Assembly (NCBI GenBank): GCA_024405635.1
Contig: JAKSOL010000003.1
Location: 124,046 to 188,045, forward strand
Length of the DNA: 64,000 bases
DNA from: Salinivirgaceae bacterium
GTDB taxonomy: Bacteria > Bacteroidota > Bacteroidia > Bacteroidales > SZUA-534
Reading direction: 5' to 3'
A program made the position numbers and the translations under genes. How positions within the stretch are numbered: the first letter of the stretch is position 1; every line of letters starts with the position of its first letter. Shown piece by piece: positions 60,095 to 64,000 of this stretch. The notes below the pieces were generated by a model that saw only the letters and a program-made list of their open reading frames with translations, ran no database searches and had not been told where the DNA came from.

Positions 60095-60817
60095 ATGAAA
60101 ACGATGCGAAATATATGTCGTTTGGTTTTGCTTGCAATTGTTGTTGTTTCGTGCAATTCAAAAAACGAAACTTTAGAGCCATTTCCAACAAACAATCAGC
60201 AAGAAAAATATCAATACTTTCCTCTTGATTCGGGCTTGTGGCGAGTGTTTGAAATTACTGAAATAAGAACAGATAAAGAGGTAAATGTTTGTGACACAAA
60301 CGTTTATTATTTAATGGAAAAGTGCGGAGGCGTTTTTGTTGATAACGTAGGCGATACAATGCGAAAGATTGAACGATATGTACGCAATTCGTTGTCAGAT
60401 AACTGGTTGCAAAGCAATACACATGTTGCTTATGTAAAGAATAACGAGGCTATTTTGGTAGATGAAAATGTACGTTACTTAAAACTGCAGTTTCCATTGG
60501 AATTGGGCAAAACTTGGAATGCAAACAAATATAACCATATCGATACCGTTCAAACTTTGTTGAGCAAAGTGGTGCAACTAAATGTATCCGTTGCTGAACC
60601 AATGGCATTTGACTCGGTTGTGGTTGTTGAACGCATAAACGAGTCGAACATAGTTAGTAAAAAGCTACAACAAGAGGTTTATGCAACTAATGTTGGACTA
60701 GTGCAACGCCAAATAATTGATGTTTATTCGGACGAATTTGATGCAAATGTGCCTATTGAACATCGAATTACAAAAGGAACCGAACAATATTTCAACTTAA
60801 TTGATTATGGAAGATAA
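60095..60817 (+). CDS. Hypothetical lipoprotein
   Basis: Lipobox VVSC; YFPL..G, L.FPL..GKTW, YA.NVGLV. Confidence 0.75.
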   Translation: MKTMRNICRLVLLAIVVVSCNSKNETLEPFPTNNQQEKYQYFPLDSGLWRVFEITEIRTDKEVNVCDTNVYYLMEKCGGVFVDNVGDTMRKIERYVRNSLSDNWLQSNTHVAYVKNNEAILVDENVRYLKLQFPLELGKTWNANKYNHIDTVQTLLSKVVQLNVSVAEPMAFDSVVVVERINESNIVSKKLQQEVYATNVGLVQRQIIDVYSDEFDANVPIEHRITKGTEQYFNLIDYGR

Positions 60818-62219
60818 TTACGGCGATTTGTTTGGCTTTACACAACAAGCAAGCGAGTCGGCTTTGTCGCTTTCGCAATTGCTTACAAATGTTGCTGATG
60901 CGGTTAAGGTTAATTTTCCATCGTCGAAATGGGTTGTGGCTGAGGTAAATAGCATTAGCGTGGCACGTGTTGGGCATTGTTATTTAGAACTGGTTGAAAA
61001 ATCAGCGGGGTTCGATTCTAAAATCGTTGCGCAGGTTAGAGCTAATATTTGGGCTAATAATTATCGCATCATAAAACAGAATTTCGAAATGGCTACAGGC
61101 GAATCGTTGCGAGTTGGTATGAAAATTCTAGCCTATGTTCGCGTCGATTTTTCGCCAACCTATGGTTTGTCGCTCATTGTGCAAGATATTGACCCTCAAT
61201 ATACTATTGGCGATTTGGCTCAACAACGAGCAATGGTAATTAAGCAACTGCAAGACGATGGCGTGATAGACATGAATAAACAAATTGAATTGCCAATTGT
61301 TGTTCAACGTATTGCGATTATTAGTTCAGATTCGGCAGCAGGGTGGGGCGATTTTAAAAATCAAATTGAGAGTAACGATTATGGTTATAAGTTTGATATT
61401 CAGTTATTTCCTGCACTGATGCAAGGCGAAAAATCACCACAATCTATTATTGCTGCACTTGACGAAGTATCTCAACGTTTTCAAGATTTTGATGCAGTTG
61501 CAATTATACGTGGTGGCGGTGCGCGAACCGATTTGAGCTGCTTTGACCAGTATGATTTGGCGTTTCACATAGCACAATTTCCTTTGCCCGTGCTTACAGG
61601 AATAGGTCATGAGCGCGACGATTCGGTTGCCGATTTGGTTGCACACACTCGACTTAAAACACCAACCGCAGTTGCTGCTTTTATTATTGATAGAGCTGCA
61701 AACTTTATGGCTGAAATTCAAGAGCTGGCCGATGCAATTTTCGATTCTGTAAAATCAAAGTTGGTTGATTGTACCAATGCTTACAAACAGCAAGTTCACC
61801 AGTTTGAAATGATTGTTAATCAGCTGCTTGCAAAAGAGAAACTTGAACTTGATAATTTGCACACAAGTCTGCACTATTCAGCGCGGCATTTTGTTGATAG
61901 TGAAACAATTCAACTAAATAATGTGACCGAAAAAGCAAAAACGGCCTACAAATTGCCAATTTCGGTTATGCATAACAAACTCGACAACATAAAGTTGCAA
62001 CTTGAAACATCGGTTGTTAAATGTTTGAGCATTAAGGAAAAAGAATTGGTTTCAACTGAAATTGAATTGCGTTTGCACAATCCAGAAGAAGTTACAAAGT
62101 ATGGTTTTGCTGTGGTGAGCAGTAAAGGTCAGTTTGTGAATTCAGTTTCGCAATTAACGCAAGGCGCACGCATTAGCATCAAACTTAAAGATGGTGAAGT
62201 TGATAGCATAGTAGAGTAG
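60807..62219 (+). CDS. xseA: Exodeoxyribonuclease VII large subunit
   Basis: GHCYLEL OB fold, RGGG, TGIGHERD, KTPTA. Confidence 0.93.
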   Translation: MEDNYGDLFGFTQQASESALSLSQLLTNVADAVKVNFPSSKWVVAEVNSISVARVGHCYLELVEKSAGFDSKIVAQVRANIWANNYRIIKQNFEMATGESLRVGMKILAYVRVDFSPTYGLSLIVQDIDPQYTIGDLAQQRAMVIKQLQDDGVIDMNKQIELPIVVQRIAIISSDSAAGWGDFKNQIESNDYGYKFDIQLFPALMQGEKSPQSIIAALDEVSQRFQDFDAVAIIRGGGARTDLSCFDQYDLAFHIAQFPLPVLTGIGHERDDSVADLVAHTRLKTPTAVAAFIIDRAANFMAEIQELADAIFDSVKSKLVDCTNAYKQQVHQFEMIVNQLLAKEKLELDNLHTSLHYSARHFVDSETIQLNNVTEKAKTAYKLPISVMHNKLDNIKLQLETSVVKCLSIKEKELVSTEIELRLHNPEEVTKYGFAVVSSKGQFVNSVSQLTQGARISIKLKDGEVDSIVE

Positions 62220-62513
62220 TCAATTATTGATAAAAAAAGCCGCAACCTTCAGCTGAAAGTTGCGGCTTTTTGAGCCTACTTTGGCGGTTATGTCAACTTC
62301 GTTGCCTTCGGCATCTACGGCTATGTAGCGCCCTTGGTTGTTTTGGTATATGGTGGCAAAGGTGGTGGTTAGTTTTACGGTGTCGCGTATGGTGTTGTCC
62401 ACATATATGCTATCTGCCAATGCTGGGGCATAGGTAGGGCTTCCCACTTGCGCAAAGGTTGTGGTTTGGGTGAGGAGGAGCAGAAGTAGTATGAGGAGGA
62501 GGCTATGTTTCAT
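62220..62513 (-). pseudogene. Probable N-terminal fragment of a secreted protein
   Basis: Good signal peptide; its 3' end runs through the xseA terminator. Confidence 0.45.
62232..62271. terminator. xseA terminator (bidirectional)
   Basis: AAAAAGCCGCAAC/GTTGCGGCTTTTT. Confidence 0.8.
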
Positions 62514-62552
62514 TTATTTTTTTCCATATTCTCTTGTAGCCTTCCCTATAAA

Positions 62553-62804
62553 TGTCGCCTTCCCCGTTTTAGGACTAGCTAAAATTAGAGAATTGTTTGT
62601 TTAATTCATAATATATCATGAAAAATCCCGCTCGGGGAGCGCCTCGCAGCAAGGGGCGGGAGCACCCGTCCCGACGAGCGAAGACTTCATTTTCATTTCA
62701 TAGTACTCCATTGGCGTCATGTTTCCCAAAGCTTCGTGAGGACGTGTAGTGTTGTAGTCAAGCTGCCATTTTTCGGTGATATCACGAACGTTCTGTAGTG
62801 TCCT
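62553..62804 (-). mobile_element. IS3-family remnant: transposase C-terminus plus probable right inverted repeat
   Basis: Minus strand RTLQNVRDITEKWQLDYNTTRPHEALGNMTPMEY (IS3 integrase tail); end TGTCGCCTTCCCCGTTTTAGGACTAG at 62553. Confidence 0.8.
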
Positions 62805-63138
62805 ACATACACTCTGCCGCTATGGCCACATATTTCTCATCGGAGAATGGCTCCCATGCCTCCACTGGCTTCGCTTTGATAGGCTCGGTTCGAATCTTCT
62901 GTGCGGCGATATCTTCTGCCGAGAGAATTTCGCCATTCTTCATGATAGTGAACCGCTCGACGATGTAGCCACTGGACAAACCTGCTTGCCAGCTCTGCAT
63001 ATCCGTCGGCGCCCAACGGAGAGCGATGCCGTCACTTGTCACACAGGCTTTGGCCTGGGTGTGGTAGTGGGGCTGGGCTGTGGCCAACAAAGCTACTGTT
63101 GTTAGTGAGATTGCTAAAAGATATTTCATTATTTTCAC
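62803..63138 (-). pseudogene. Truncated secreted (fibronectin type III-like) protein
   Basis: Signal peptide, IALRWAP...W..G...GYIVER; stop codon coincides with the IS3 junction. Confidence 0.65.
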
Positions 63139-63320
63139 TACTTTACGGATTATTAAAAAATGGAACTATATACCAAATTTCCTAACGGCGTCAACCATCT
63201 CACTCTGTGTGTGTAATCTCCTTTCTCATAACCGCTAATTAGTAATTTATTTCTAATTATTCGTCGCAGTCCGACTAACAGTGATAGTTGCAAAATGGTA
63301 GATAAAAGAATCATGTTGCC

Positions 63321-64000
63321 TTACTTTGTTCCAAGTGGTTTTATTGGTTCCAATTCATATTTCCCTTGGTTATCAATGAACCATTGATATATCTCGTCAA
63401 ATACTTTGGGGTCATAATCTTCTTTGAATGGAAAATTTTTTATAATCCCCCATCCATTTGCGTATATGTATATAAGATACAATGCCGTTTCACCGACAGA
63501 TCTTTCAAAAATCCCATCATCATAAACAACATCGCATTTTATCAATGGAGCTATAGCGGCTACAGATTCTTGTGTTCTTATTCGCAACAAATCCTTAACT
63601 ATTCTCTCCGTTAAAGTTGGGTTATCACTGATTTTCTCTATCATTTTTTTATTCGCATTAATTGCTCGTTCCGTATAATCTTTGTATCTGTTATCTACCA
63701 AGAACCAATAACCAGGACCATCATGTAATACTTTACTATTATAAATTTTTTCTACTGTTTCAAGATATAAGTCGGGTACCGTATCTGCAATTGCAGCACT
63801 TAGATACGAATTTGTTATGTGTTCCAATTTTCTTGGCGATTCACGACAAGCTTCGCTTTTATAATAATCTGCAAAATACTCCTCTAGTGTTTTTCCTTCT
63901 TTTGCAGCCCATCCTATAAATGAATTTGATTTTTTACTTATCACTTTTTCCAACGAGTCTTTTTGAAACTTCAAATAATTTCTTTTATCAATTTCCCAAT
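63321..64000 (-). CDS. Hypothetical helical protein, 5' end outside the window
   Basis: Frame is open to the window edge; low GC; ends EIYQWFIDNQGKYEL. Confidence 0.7.
   Translation of the reverse strand, partial: WEIDKRNYLKFQKDSLEKVISKKSNSFIGWAAKEGKTLEEYFADYYKSEACRESPRKLEHITNSYLSAAIADTVPDLYLETVEKIYNSKVLHDGPGYWFLVDNRYKDYTERAINANKKMIEKISDNPTLTERIVKDLLRIRTQESVAAIAPLIKCDVVYDDGIFERSVGETALYLIYIYANGWGIIKNFPFKEDYDPKVFDEIYQWFIDNQGKYELEPIKPLGTK

Overview
AT-rich Bacteroidales-type chromosomal segment (TAnnTTTG promoters, T9SS component PorZ, TonB receptor, lipoproteins). Most of it is housekeeping: a glycogen operon with a GT3 synthase-GlgP fusion, tRNA-Asp, guaA, glyA, rdgB, recO, rsgA, thyA, a SulA-like acyltransferase, rnz, rpsA, proC, rfbD, pgm and xseA. 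Three accessory spots stand out. (1) 50.5-53.2 kb, the best candidate for a new system: a secreted protein with two variable repeats showing the mutational signature of a diversity-generating retroelement (DGR). No template repeat or reverse transcriptase is in the window. The gene follows a small T9SS-cargo gene, is bracketed by GTAG-type REP palindromes, and sits behind an (AC)22 microsatellite in a leader ORF where only one of three frames reads through a terminator (predicted phase-variable attenuator). (2) 17.3-21.1 kb after guaA: a BcgI-like R-M plus S gene pair joined by a complete -1 frameshift signal and preceded by a leader with two mutually exclusive RNA folds. (3) 62.2-64 kb: a decayed region with an IS3 remnant and truncated secreted-protein genes. 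All alignments and counts were done by hand; no database searches were run.
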